NCBI GenBank assembly: GCA_965225625.1
Contig: CBDDBH010000002.1
Coordinates: forward strand, 7,156 to 71,155
Length of the DNA: 64,000 nucleotides
Reading direction: 5' to 3'
Source: Gammaproteobacteria bacterium
GTDB lineage: Bacteria; Pseudomonadota; Gammaproteobacteria; JADZEE01
A program made the translations under genes and the position numbers. Of the stretch, positions 26,594 to 36,492 are shown piece by piece (position 1 is the first letter of the stretch; every line of letters begins with the position of its first letter). The notes under the pieces are model-generated. The model saw nothing but the letters and a program-made list of their open reading frames with translations. It did no database searches and had not been told where the DNA came from.

Positions 26594-27739
26594 TTGAATC
26601 CCTCTGCGCCGCAACCGGCCGAATTGCTCGAACAACTTCGTCATTGGGCGCAAACCCCGTTTGCGCAAAGCGTAAGCATTCCGTCGCAGGTATATACCTC
26701 GAAGGCGTTTCTCGACCTGGAGATCGAGCATATTTTTAAACGCCAATGGATCTGTGCAGGCCGGGTGGACGAGGTCTCGAAACCGGGCGATTACTTCAGT
26801 TTCGACATCGCGGAGTATCCCATCATCGTGCTGCGTGATGAAGCCAACGCTATCAGGGCGATGTCTAATGTGTGTCGACACCGTGCCACCCTTCTGGTTT
26901 CCGGTGCAGGTAACTGCCGCGCGTTCACCTGTCCCTACCATGCGTGGACTTACAACTTAGACGGCGGGTTGCGAACGGCACCTTACATGGATAGGACCGC
27001 GAGTTTCGATAAGACGACTCTGGCACTTCCGCAATATCGGGTCGAAGTCTGGCAGGGCTTTATCTACGTGAATTTGGACGAGAATGCGCCACCCTTTGCA
27101 CGCAACGTCGCCGGATTGGATGCGCTTTTCGAACGACACAGTGTCGCCGATCTGCAGTTCGCATTTCGTGGCAGCATGGAAGTCGCCTGCAACTGGAAGG
27201 TTCAGGTCGAAAATTTTTGTGAAAGTTATCATGTGTTCCAGGTTCACCCGCAGACGATCGAACCTGTCATGACCACTGCCTCAGTGAAAGTGCAGTCCGG
27301 CGGAACCGGCTTCAATCATCACACCCAGAGACCACCTGAGGGCTTTGTCGATCCTGGCCCGCAAGTTTATCCGTATCTTCAGGGCGACGACCGCTCAACG
27401 TTTAACCTCATGTGTGTGTACCCGTCGCACGCAGTGGCGCTTGGTGCGGAATTCATCAGTTGGTTATCCGTCCACCCACGCGGAACGGATCGCTGTGTGG
27501 TTCACTACGCTGGCGCACTACCCGGCGAACAACCCGATGGTAAAGTCAACGCCGCCCGGGCCGAAGAGACCCGGGCGTACATGCTTGAATTCATGGCCGA
27601 AGACATACTCAGGATCGAGGCCGTTCAAAGAGGTTTCGTCGCCTACGCCGGCGGCTCACCTTATTGCGAAATGGAAAAGACCAACTGGGAATTCGGCCGC
27701 TACATCGTTAATCAAGTTTGTGCCGACCGTGCCATTTGA
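26594..27739 (+). CDS. Rieske non-heme iron oxygenase alpha subunit (choline/carnitine monooxygenase-like)
   Basis: CRHR...CPYHAW Rieske site; NWKVQVENFCESYHVFQVH; EDILRIEAVQRG. Confidence 0.88.
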   Translation: MNPSAPQPAELLEQLRHWAQTPFAQSVSIPSQVYTSKAFLDLEIEHIFKRQWICAGRVDEVSKPGDYFSFDIAEYPIIVLRDEANAIRAMSNVCRHRATLLVSGAGNCRAFTCPYHAWTYNLDGGLRTAPYMDRTASFDKTTLALPQYRVEVWQGFIYVNLDENAPPFARNVAGLDALFERHSVADLQFAFRGSMEVACNWKVQVENFCESYHVFQVHPQTIEPVMTTASVKVQSGGTGFNHHTQRPPEGFVDPGPQVYPYLQGDDRSTFNLMCVYPSHAVALGAEFISWLSVHPRGTDRCVVHYAGALPGEQPDGKVNAARAEETRAYMLEFMAEDILRIEAVQRGFVAYAGGSPYCEMEKTNWEFGRYIVNQVCADRAI

Positions 27740-27952
27740 CCTCGCTCTTGAACTGGCTATCGAGATTGCTCGTGCGATGTCATCTTTATCGAGCAAGCAA
27801 TTCTGGCGGGTGGGGAGACAGCACTGGCGCCTACGTAGCCCTCAGGTAGTCACGAGTTGATCTACGTAGTACTCTCGGAAAGTGCGATTCCTCCGATGTC
27901 CTCTCGCTGTTAGATTCGGTCCTGGTGCACCAGACTACAACGAAAAGACGAC

Positions 27953-28954
27953 GTGAAAGCAATAAGACTCGATGAACTTGGCCCACCTGAGAACCTGAAA
28001 CTCGTCGACATCCCGGTTCCGGAGATCGGCGACGACGATTTACTCATCCGCGTCAGCCTTGCCAGTTTACTGTATGCCGATACTGAACAGCGTCGCGGAA
28101 CCTATTACTTCGAGACCAAACTTCCGCACTACCCGGGCAGGGAAGTCGCAGGAACCATCGAAAAAGTCGGCGCAGATGTCAAAGACTACGAGGTAGGACA
28201 GCGCATTGCCGCGCTCATGTATGCCGGCCACTGCTATGCGGATTATGTAGTTGCGCGTACGCAGCCCTATACCCTGCCAGGTGGGATTGAGGTGCCGAGC
28301 GCCGACATTCAAATACTGCCCGATAACGTATCGTTCGAGCAGAGCCTGGTTTACGTCACGAACTTTCGCCTGGCGTACCTATTGCACCACATCTATATCG
28401 GCATACCGCCAGACGCTACCGTCTTAATCCATGGTGCCGCCGGTGGTGTCGGATCCGTGTGTACGCAAGTTGCGCTGGATCATGGAAACCGGGTGATTGC
28501 CGTATGCCGGACACCGGCACAAGTGGAATTCTGCAAGCAACTCGGAGCCGAATTCATCATCGATGTTGAGACGACTGACTACGTCGCTGCGGTTCTCGAA
28601 ATAACGGCGGACGTGGGCGTCGACTATTCCATCAACGGCGTGGGCGGCACGACGCTCGACAGCGATCCCGGAGCGCTCAAGACCTTTGGCGAAATGATTT
28701 GCTACGGTTATGCGGCCGGCAAATCCAAGATGGATATATTCTCATGTCACAAATGTGTCACCGTCAAGAACTTTGTGCCCGACAACTTCATGGGTGGCGA
28801 CGCATTTGAACGCGTTAATGCGGCTATGTACGAATGGTTTGCGTCGAAACCTCTACTGGAAGTCACGAAGATATTCCCGCTCAAAGATGCAGCAGTGGCT
28901 CATCGCTGGCTTGAGGAAGGAAGGTCGATCGGCAAAATCGCCTTACAGCCTTAA
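27953..28954 (+). CDS. MDR family NADPH:quinone oxidoreductase-like protein
   Basis: PGREVAG, HGAAGGVGS, GRSIGKIAL; no Zn-binding Cys cluster; GTG start. Confidence 0.85.
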   Translation: MKAIRLDELGPPENLKLVDIPVPEIGDDDLLIRVSLASLLYADTEQRRGTYYFETKLPHYPGREVAGTIEKVGADVKDYEVGQRIAALMYAGHCYADYVVARTQPYTLPGGIEVPSADIQILPDNVSFEQSLVYVTNFRLAYLLHHIYIGIPPDATVLIHGAAGGVGSVCTQVALDHGNRVIAVCRTPAQVEFCKQLGAEFIIDVETTDYVAAVLEITADVGVDYSINGVGGTTLDSDPGALKTFGEMICYGYAAGKSKMDIFSCHKCVTVKNFVPDNFMGGDAFERVNAAMYEWFASKPLLEVTKIFPLKDAAVAHRWLEEGRSIGKIALQP

Positions 28955-28968
28955 GCATTAGTTGCCGC

Positions 28969-30186
28969 TTGGCGATTCACGGGAGAAATTCCACAGACAT
29001 GGCTTCGGCTTCGCCAGCTACGCACAAAGATTATTCGAAGCGCGAATTAGCTGCCGTGATCGCCGCTGTATGCGTCGGCGAAGGCGGCCTCATTACCATG
29101 CCTTACATTCTCGGCGGTGTAGCCGATCGGTTTTCCGTCTCCGCCGGCGTATCCGGCCTTGTCTCCACAGCGCAATTCGCTTCCATGGCGATCGTTTCAC
29201 TGATCCTTGCGCTTTCCATCCACAAAGTCGATCGTCGCAAGCTCGTCCTCGGCGCGGTTCCCATCGCGCTTATCGGCCATATCATGGCCGTCATCTTTTC
29301 ATCTTGGTCTCTGATTATCGTCAGCAGGATAATGGTCGGCATCGGCGAGGCGATACTATTGACCGCTGGCACTGCCGCGGCCGCTGCGACGCCACGACCG
29401 CAACGCACTTTTTCTATTATTACCTTTGCCTTCGTCGCGTTGGGTGGGGCTATCTACCTCATCATGCCTTCATTGACCGAGCGCGTCGGGCATATGGCGG
29501 TATTCTATGTGTTGGTAGTCGTGGTTCTACTAGGTCTGCCATTCCTGTTCGCCATGCCCCGCTTGCGAGACGCCGATGTGCGGCATGACTCAGCACCGGC
29601 AAACGTTTGGCGGCCATTCCCGTGGGTCTTAGTTGGTATTGCCTGTCTGTACATGGGTGGCAACAGCCTTTGGGCATTTTCTGAACGCATCGGCGTTGCA
29701 ATGGGCCTGGAGGCCAGAGCGATTGGCATCGCATTCCTGGCTGGCGTGCTGTTGACAAGTCTCGGGCCGATTGCGGCGAACTTTGCACAGCAGCGCTGGG
29801 GCTACCGCAAATCTATCGTCGTGGGAATCGCCGTCAATTGTGTGGCCTGTGTCGCGCTTGGCGGCGCTTTTCACTACGCCGTGTTTTTCCTTGGTTTCGT
29901 GTTTATGAATGTCTCCGCCTTCTACCTGCTCCCCATGTACCGGGCTTTGACCGCGCATATCGATCCGGCGGGAAGAGTCGCGCCTGCGTCGATCGTCGTG
30001 CAAGCTGGAGCAACGGCCATTGGTCCTTTTCTCGCCAGTGTTGCGCTGCTGGCCGGTGGCAGTTATCCAGGCGTCGGTTTGTATGCCGGTGGTTTGAGCA
30101 TTCTCTCTCTTATCTTTGTGATCCGTACCGCTCGTCGCGGCGATAGTGACGCTCGAAAGTCGTTGCACTCTCGGGGATCGAGTTGA
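28969..30186 (+). CDS. MFS transporter
   Basis: About 12 hydrophobic segments; SRIMVGIGEA. Confidence 0.85.
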   Translation: MAIHGRNSTDMASASPATHKDYSKRELAAVIAAVCVGEGGLITMPYILGGVADRFSVSAGVSGLVSTAQFASMAIVSLILALSIHKVDRRKLVLGAVPIALIGHIMAVIFSSWSLIIVSRIMVGIGEAILLTAGTAAAAATPRPQRTFSIITFAFVALGGAIYLIMPSLTERVGHMAVFYVLVVVVLLGLPFLFAMPRLRDADVRHDSAPANVWRPFPWVLVGIACLYMGGNSLWAFSERIGVAMGLEARAIGIAFLAGVLLTSLGPIAANFAQQRWGYRKSIVVGIAVNCVACVALGGAFHYAVFFLGFVFMNVSAFYLLPMYRALTAHIDPAGRVAPASIVVQAGATAIGPFLASVALLAGGSYPGVGLYAGGLSILSLIFVIRTARRGDSDARKSLHSRGSS

Positions 30187-31817
30187 ACACCAGCACGGTC
30201 GCCAGCCAATTAATCGGGGCTCTGCGGGAAGTCGGTGTGAAGCATGTGTTCGGTGTCCCTAGCGGCGGATGGGTCGACTACCTGGAAGTGATCCGCAATA
30301 CGCCTGGAATGGATTTCGTGTTGACCAGTCACGAGACCGGCGCCGGCTTTATGGCAGATGTCTGCGCGCGACTGACGGGGGTTCCGGGCGTATGTTTCGG
30401 CACATTGGGTCCCGGTGCTACTAATCTCAGTACCGGGGTTGGCTGCGCGCTGCTGGATCGCTCGCCTGTTATTGCACTTACCGATGAAATCGCCGCGCCC
30501 TTGCGTGGGCGAACGACGCAGATGGGTATCGACCAGCAGGCTTTGTTCCGCCCGATCACAAAGGCAACCCTGAGGCTCCAGGCAGACCGCGTCAGAACCA
30601 CAGTGTTCGAAGCTGCGGCGTTAGCGCTCACAGAACGTCCGGGACCGGTGCATATCGGCTTGCCGGTTGGAATGTCTGCCGAATCAGCGCGTGTGGACGA
30701 AAGCGTTTTTCACGGACCGATTCGGCCCGGGCTGCCGGAACGGGACTCACTCGTGCGTTTGCAGGAATCGTTTGCACGAGCCCGAAAACCATTACTGGTT
30801 GCTGGTCTGGGCGCGGTGCGGGCGAAACTTGATGCGCAACTCACAACGCTCGCAGAAAAACATCAGCTTCCCGTCGTTCTCACACCGATGGCCAAGGGCC
30901 TCGTAGCGGAAAATCATCCCGCTTACGCCGGTGTTCTGTTTCACGCTTTGAGTGATGTGGTTGGTGAAACACACCAGCAGGCGGATCTGATCATAGCCGT
31001 GGGCTACGACCCCGTGGAGTTCAACTACGAGGCCTGGACCCCGCCGGTGCCGCTGATCATTATCGATAGCATTGCGGTGGAAGGAGAGCGGCCCCTTGAT
31101 GAACCTGGATGTGACGTCGTCGGAGACATCGGTTATGCGCTCGAGCATCTTGTCTCGCTTAAAGTGGACGGAAACGATTGGGATTTCGATGCCTTGGCCG
31201 CAAGGCGCAAGAGCATGTTCGCGCGACTGTCTCCGCTAGCGCAAGGATTCGGACCCTGTGCAGTACTCGACATACTGCGCAACGTTCTGCCCGACGAGGG
31301 CATCATGACCTGCGACGTGGGTGCCCACACCCACCTGATTGGACAACAGTGGCGGACTCCTAAAGCGGGTCTGCAGTTAATGACCAACGGCTGGTCGTCA
31401 ATGGGTTTTGGGATCCCCGCGGCCATTGCTGCAAAGTTGTGCCGCAGGCAGATACCTGTATGCGCCGTGATTGGCGACGGCGGACTGCTGATGAGTGCAG
31501 GAGAACTCGCAACAGCCGCACGCGAGAACCTGCACATAGTTTTCGTTCTGTTGAACGACAATGATCTCGCGCTCATACGGATCAAACAACAGAGAAAGAC
31601 CAACCCGATTTATGGCACCGCACTCGACCCGCGTGTGACATTTGCTGAGCCCAGTCTCTTTGGTGTCCCGATCCTCTCCGCGGCAAGCCCGGATCAGTTT
31701 CACACAGCGCTGGAGCAGGCCTGGTCGATGGGCGGGCCGGTCATTGTCGAGGCGATAATCGACAGCCACGAATATGATAGTTTGGTGCTGCGCAACGACC
31801 GAGGGCAATCCGAATAG
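30183..31817 (+). CDS. ThDP-dependent enzyme (acetolactate synthase large-subunit-like)
   Basis: SHETGAGFMA, TLGPGATN, GDGGLLM...NDN. Confidence 0.88.
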   Translation: MNTSTVASQLIGALREVGVKHVFGVPSGGWVDYLEVIRNTPGMDFVLTSHETGAGFMADVCARLTGVPGVCFGTLGPGATNLSTGVGCALLDRSPVIALTDEIAAPLRGRTTQMGIDQQALFRPITKATLRLQADRVRTTVFEAAALALTERPGPVHIGLPVGMSAESARVDESVFHGPIRPGLPERDSLVRLQESFARARKPLLVAGLGAVRAKLDAQLTTLAEKHQLPVVLTPMAKGLVAENHPAYAGVLFHALSDVVGETHQQADLIIAVGYDPVEFNYEAWTPPVPLIIIDSIAVEGERPLDEPGCDVVGDIGYALEHLVSLKVDGNDWDFDALAARRKSMFARLSPLAQGFGPCAVLDILRNVLPDEGIMTCDVGAHTHLIGQQWRTPKAGLQLMTNGWSSMGFGIPAAIAAKLCRRQIPVCAVIGDGGLLMSAGELATAARENLHIVFVLLNDNDLALIRIKQQRKTNPIYGTALDPRVTFAEPSLFGVPILSAASPDQFHTALEQAWSMGGPVIVEAIIDSHEYDSLVLRNDRGQSE

Positions 31818-31826
31818 GACTGGGCA

Positions 31827-32657
31827 ATGGAATTCGAAAGCAAATTTGTCGATATCGAGGGTGTGCGCACGCACTATCTGCAAGCCGGCAGCGGTCCGGT
31901 ACTCGTGCTGGTGCATGGCGGCGGCGCCGGTGCCGACGCACGCGGTAACTGGGGAAGTTGTATTGCACAATACGCGCGTGATTTTAGAGTGACCGCGCTC
32001 GACATGGTTGGATTCGGCGAAACCGCGAAACCAGATCCCGCCACCTACAACTACGGTCGCGACAGCCGTAACCAGCACCTCGCTGCGTTCATCGAAAGCT
32101 TGGGGGCGGGCGCGGTACATGTGATCGGTAATTCTATGGGTGGTGCAACGGCGCTCGGGGTCGCGATCAACCGGCCAGAATTGCTGAACAAGATGGTTTT
32201 GATGGGCAGCGCTGGCATTGCGGTCAACAACCCGGACCGCGGCGTCATGAAGGCGCTGTCCGAGTACGACTTCACGGTCGAGGGCATGCGCCGGCTGATG
32301 CAGACGCTAACCGGCACGGATTATAAAATCGACGACGCGCTGGTTCACTACCGCTATGAATTGACAATCACACCGCAAGCGCGCGCCGCACTTGCCGCGA
32401 TGCGCGAGGCCACCAAGCGAGAAGGATTGTCCTACCCCGACGAGGACGTAGCGGCGGTTCGCACGCCGACCTTGGTAGTCGGTGGCAAGGAAGATAAGAT
32501 CGCAATCCTCGCCCGTACTTATCGATTCCTGGAACTGCTCGAAAATTCCTGGGGATTCATCCTCCCGCACTGTGGTCACTGGGTCATGATCGAACGGCCG
32601 GAGGAATTCGTCACCGTGACCACGGCCTTCCTGCAGAAGCAGGGCTTTGGATTGTGA
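31827..32657 (+). CDS. Meta-cleavage product hydrolase (BphD/CarC-like alpha/beta hydrolase)
   Basis: HGGGAG, GNSMGG nucleophile, GHWVMIE. Confidence 0.85.
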   Translation: MEFESKFVDIEGVRTHYLQAGSGPVLVLVHGGGAGADARGNWGSCIAQYARDFRVTALDMVGFGETAKPDPATYNYGRDSRNQHLAAFIESLGAGAVHVIGNSMGGATALGVAINRPELLNKMVLMGSAGIAVNNPDRGVMKALSEYDFTVEGMRRLMQTLTGTDYKIDDALVHYRYELTITPQARAALAAMREATKREGLSYPDEDVAAVRTPTLVVGGKEDKIAILARTYRFLELLENSWGFILPHCGHWVMIERPEEFVTVTTAFLQKQGFGL

Positions 32658-32660
32658 TGA

Positions 32661-32909
32661 AGCGGGCAGGGCAGAGTCAATGCCGAATTCGATCGCACGA
32701 TCATGGATACCATCGTTGCTGGTAAAGCACAGGAACTGACGGGTCTGGATCAGGATACTATTGTCGAACAGGGTGGCAACGGAGCACTCGAGATCATCGC
32801 CTGGATCCTAATGGCCGGCTGCCTGCCGGGCGTGCGCGGTGAACACATCTACTATGAGCCTATCTCCGAATGGATTACCGACCTCGGTGGGCTCGCGCTG
32901 CAGCCGTAA
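32661..32909 (+). pseudogene. C-terminal remnant of a LigB/CarBb-type extradiol dioxygenase
   Basis: GRVNAEFDRTIMD...GGNGALEIIAWILMAG...YYEPISEWIT; begins directly after TGA TGA with no N-terminal two-thirds. Confidence 0.75.
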
Positions 32910-32951
32910 TGGCAACGGTCAGATCCTGCGCTAAGGTAAGAAACCGCACCC

Positions 32952-33761
32952 ATGAAATCCGTTAACATCGGAATTGTCGGCTTCGGAGCCATCGGCAGTG
33001 AGGTGGCTCGCGCGCTCGACGTGGGCGTGGACGGCTTGCGCCTGGCAGGTGTCACTACCCGTACGCCGGAAAAGGCAATCGAGACAATGCAATCATTTGC
33101 GCATCCGGTTCCGGTGCTGCCGATTGAAGAACTCGTGCGAAGCGTTGACACCGTCGTCGATTGTGCGCCCGCGGCTGCATTTGAAGACATCGCGGTGGCA
33201 ACACTGTCGGCCGGACGCCAGCTCGTTACAGTGAGTGGTGCTGCGTTACTGCAACATCTTGAGCTAGTCGATTTGGCCACTGAACATGGTGGTCGTCTCA
33301 TTCTCGCCACCGGAGCGATCCTCGGATTGGACGCGCTGTGCGCCGCCGCCGAGGGCACTATTCATTCGGTACGCATGGTGACGCGAAAACCACCGCGTGC
33401 TTTACGCGGCTCGCCGTACCTGAGCGAGCACGGAATCGATATCGATGATCTTAGCGAACCCGTTAAGGTCTTTTCCGGCAATGCCACGGACGGGGCACGC
33501 GGCTTCCCGTCAAACGTCAATGTTGCGGCAGCGATCGGTATGGCCGGGATCGGAGCCGACGCGACTGAATTGGAGATCTGGGCCGATCCGAACGCATCGC
33601 GAAACAGCCATCGGATTGTGGTCGATGCGGACAGTGCAAGTTTCGAGATGCAAATCGAAAACGTGCCCAGTGACGCCAATCCTGCCACAGGCAGGATCAC
33701 CGCGCTCAGCGTGATAGCCACGCTACGCGGGTTGTACGGCACTTTTAAGATCGGCACCTAA
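32952..33761 (+). CDS. nadX: L-aspartate dehydrogenase family protein
   Basis: GFGAIG, SGAAL, TRKPP, FPSNVNVAAA, NRHRI-like SRNSHRI, NPATGRITALS. Confidence 0.85.
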   Translation: MKSVNIGIVGFGAIGSEVARALDVGVDGLRLAGVTTRTPEKAIETMQSFAHPVPVLPIEELVRSVDTVVDCAPAAAFEDIAVATLSAGRQLVTVSGAALLQHLELVDLATEHGGRLILATGAILGLDALCAAAEGTIHSVRMVTRKPPRALRGSPYLSEHGIDIDDLSEPVKVFSGNATDGARGFPSNVNVAAAIGMAGIGADATELEIWADPNASRNSHRIVVDADSASFEMQIENVPSDANPATGRITALSVIATLRGLYGTFKIGT

Positions 33762-33802
33762 CCCGCAGTACTGGATGACCGGGGGTGGATGCCTGACCGA
33801 AA

Positions 33803-34570
33803 TCAGTCGATGCTGTTGAGAAAATTAACGACCGCCGCATTGAACTCCGCGGGTTTTTCAAAATAAGCGGAGTGGCCTGCTTGCGGGATCTCCACATACG
33901 CGGAACCAGTAACCCGCTGCTGGAAAGCCCGAATCGCTTCTGGCGGGAACAAAATGTCGTCCGAGCCGGCGATGAAGAGGCAGGGGCTACCGGTGGCGGC
34001 GAGTTGTTCGGCTGCGCAAGTGTCGGGGAGTCTGCCCGGCAGAGTCTTCAGTGCATACTTGTTAAACGACGCGATCTGCTGATATAGCAAAGCCTCGTTC
34101 GGATGTTCGGCGCGAAAGCGCGCTCCGAGCACGCGTTCAAGCTGACTCAAGTTATCGGTCTTAGCGCGGACACTCGTCATCAATTCGCTGATCTCAGCGG
34201 GCTGTTGCATGCCAACCAGGGTATCCGCTAAGACCAAGGCTCGCACCCGTTGAGGACAACGGCTGGCAAAACCTGAGCATGTGCCGCCACCCATGGACTG
34301 AGCAATCAAAATCACCTGTTCAATCTCTAAATGGTCAAGCAAGGAGATCAAATCATCGACGAACCGGCTGCGCGCCGCGCCGCTGGGATCTGTGGAATTC
34401 CCGAAACCTCGATGGTCGATCGCGATAACCTGATAATTCGCCGATAACACGGGTACCTGTTGGTACCAGGAGGCGTGATTGCCGCCGACGCCATGCGCGA
34501 GCAAAACCGGTGGACCTTGTCCATGGATCTCGTAATACAGGTTTGCATCGTTAGTCTCGAGCGTCGCCAT
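33803..34570 (-). CDS. Alpha/beta hydrolase
   Basis: HGVGG, DHRGFG, QSMGG, GHSAYFE; ATG 34570 with GAGG RBS. Confidence 0.85.
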   Translation of the reverse strand: MATLETNDANLYYEIHGQGPPVLLAHGVGGNHASWYQQVPVLSANYQVIAIDHRGFGNSTDPSGAARSRFVDDLISLLDHLEIEQVILIAQSMGGGTCSGFASRCPQRVRALVLADTLVGMQQPAEISELMTSVRAKTDNLSQLERVLGARFRAEHPNEALLYQQIASFNKYALKTLPGRLPDTCAAEQLAATGSPCLFIAGSDDILFPPEAIRAFQQRVTGSAYVEIPQAGHSAYFEKPAEFNAAVVNFLNSID

Positions 34571-34741
34571 TGATGGTTCCTCTAAGAACATTGCCGTAGC
34601 GCATGGCACGTTGAAAGTATGGTGTATACAGCAGAATGCTATACTCAGCGCAGGCAATATCCAATGCTGCAGATTTTTGGCAGCTTGCTACGCCTTATCA
34701 TCTGATCCCGCTTCCGTTCAACGAAAACGGAGTGAGTACCA

Positions 34742-35959
34742 ATGTCCGATCCGTGGGATGACAACCAGATTGAGCTAGACGGCTCGCGCGTCATCAATCG
34801 GCGTATCTACGTAGAGCCTGCCGTGTTCGAGGCGGAAAGAGCGTCGATCTTCGCAAGCACCTGGCAGTGGGTCGCCCACGAAAGCGAAATGCCGGCGCCC
34901 GGGGATTATGTTAGCTGCACAATTGCGGGTCGCAACATCGTCGTCGCACGGGACAACGCCGGCGGCACAAACGCTTTCTACAACACCTGTACACATCGCG
35001 GCGCCTGCTTGACCGAGCGCCCCAAAGGCAATTGCGGCGGCAAATTCGTGTGCATGTATCACGGCTGGAGTTTTGATACCGCCGGCAAGCTGGCAGGCGT
35101 TACTTGGGCTGAGGCATATGGGGAGGAATTCGATCGCCGGCTGTACGATATTCCCGCTATTCGCGTAGAGATCTTTGCCGGGCACATATTCGTCGCGCTC
35201 GGTGAAGTGCCGCAGACGCTGGTAGAGTACCTGGGCGAGACCGCGGATTACATCGAACAGTTTACCGGTCAGCATGAGGCACTCGGCCGGGTGCGTTGGC
35301 TTATCGAGGGCAACTGGAAGCTCTGGCACGAAAACTTCCGTGACAATTACCACCCTGAGTTCACGCACCGCGTCGTCGGTGCCGGTTATCGGGGTATTGA
35401 CGTTAAAGGGATCAATATGGAACTTGAGCCCGCCCATAGTCTGCTCAAGTTTCCGCCGCAACGCGATGCCCGTCAGATCGAAGGCCTGCTACGCGAAGTC
35501 AGCGGGCACGAGATTGATATAAAGCAAACGCTTTATCGCCGTCCGCCGTTCGACGTGGACATAAACGGCGACCTGCACATTCTCGCCGTGTTTCCCAATC
35601 TGGACTTTCAGAGCTATCTCGACGGTGCGGGCGGAACTTTTCTACAGGTCGTGCGACCCATCGCTGTCGATAAGACGATGGTGGAATTGGTGGCCTTCGG
35701 CGTCGCCGGCGAACCGGCGCAGGCACGCTCGTGGCGGCTCAAGCGGGAAATGGATATTCAGACATCTGCAGGGAAGGTCAGCGGTGACGACGTCGAAGTC
35801 GCACGGCGCTGCACGACGGGGTTCAGCGCGGTCAAAGAAGTCCCCTGGTCGACCATAGACCGTGGCCACGCACCCGGTACAGCCGGCGACAAAAACGACG
35901 AGTACGCAATGCGCAAGTTCTACCAGGCCTACAAGGAATACATGGGCGAGGCATTGTAA
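34742..35959 (+). CDS. Aromatic ring-hydroxylating Rieske dioxygenase alpha subunit
   Basis: CTHRG...CMYHGW; NWKLWHENFRDNYHPEFTH; GDDVEV. Confidence 0.9.
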   Translation: MSDPWDDNQIELDGSRVINRRIYVEPAVFEAERASIFASTWQWVAHESEMPAPGDYVSCTIAGRNIVVARDNAGGTNAFYNTCTHRGACLTERPKGNCGGKFVCMYHGWSFDTAGKLAGVTWAEAYGEEFDRRLYDIPAIRVEIFAGHIFVALGEVPQTLVEYLGETADYIEQFTGQHEALGRVRWLIEGNWKLWHENFRDNYHPEFTHRVVGAGYRGIDVKGINMELEPAHSLLKFPPQRDARQIEGLLREVSGHEIDIKQTLYRRPPFDVDINGDLHILAVFPNLDFQSYLDGAGGTFLQVVRPIAVDKTMVELVAFGVAGEPAQARSWRLKREMDIQTSAGKVSGDDVEVARRCTTGFSAVKEVPWSTIDRGHAPGTAGDKNDEYAMRKFYQAYKEYMGEAL

Positions 35960-35961
35960 TT

Positions 35962-36492
35962 ATGAACGCAGAAAACGAGGTCGAAGCTCCGGCGAAACGA
36001 GCGACACGAGCGAGACCAAGCGACGCCGAGCTTTGGATCGAACGGGAAATTCGGTCACTGATCCTGGATGTGGCGCGGTTGTCCGATGAGCAGCGCTATC
36101 GCGACTGGAGCGACCTGTTCGTCGACAATGCAGTCTATGCTGCGATTACCTACGAGAACCTGAATGACAAAGGACTCTACCTATTCTGCGATGAGGGCAT
36201 CCACTCGATCCGCGAGCGGTCAGCCTACCTGGAGGGCGTCTGGCAGGTGCCCAGAGGCAAGACACTTCACACCGTAAGCAACATAGAAGTGACGGATATT
36301 TCCCACGATACTGCTAAAGCACGCAGCTACTTCGTCATCTATCGCACCGGGGACATGGAACACTCAAAGTTGCATGCCTGCGGCGAATACCGCGATAGCT
36401 TCGTGCGACAAGACGACCACTGGCTGTTCGGGGAACGCCTGGTGATCGTCGATACCAATCTGCTTCCCCCGGAATTTACGGAGCTACTCTGA
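35962..36492 (+). CDS. Ring-hydroxylating dioxygenase beta subunit
   Basis: SnoaL-like small subunit, HTVSNIEV, GEYRD...RLVIVDT; adjacent to the alpha subunit. Confidence 0.88.
   Translation: MNAENEVEAPAKRATRARPSDAELWIEREIRSLILDVARLSDEQRYRDWSDLFVDNAVYAAITYENLNDKGLYLFCDEGIHSIRERSAYLEGVWQVPRGKTLHTVSNIEVTDISHDTAKARSYFVIYRTGDMEHSKLHACGEYRDSFVRQDDHWLFGERLVIVDTNLLPPEFTELL

Noticed and set aside
25300-26739. 479-aa alternative-frame ORF over the permease
   Set aside because: Arg/His-rich frame with no motifs, overlapping a clear membrane transporter; shadow of high-GC coding sequence
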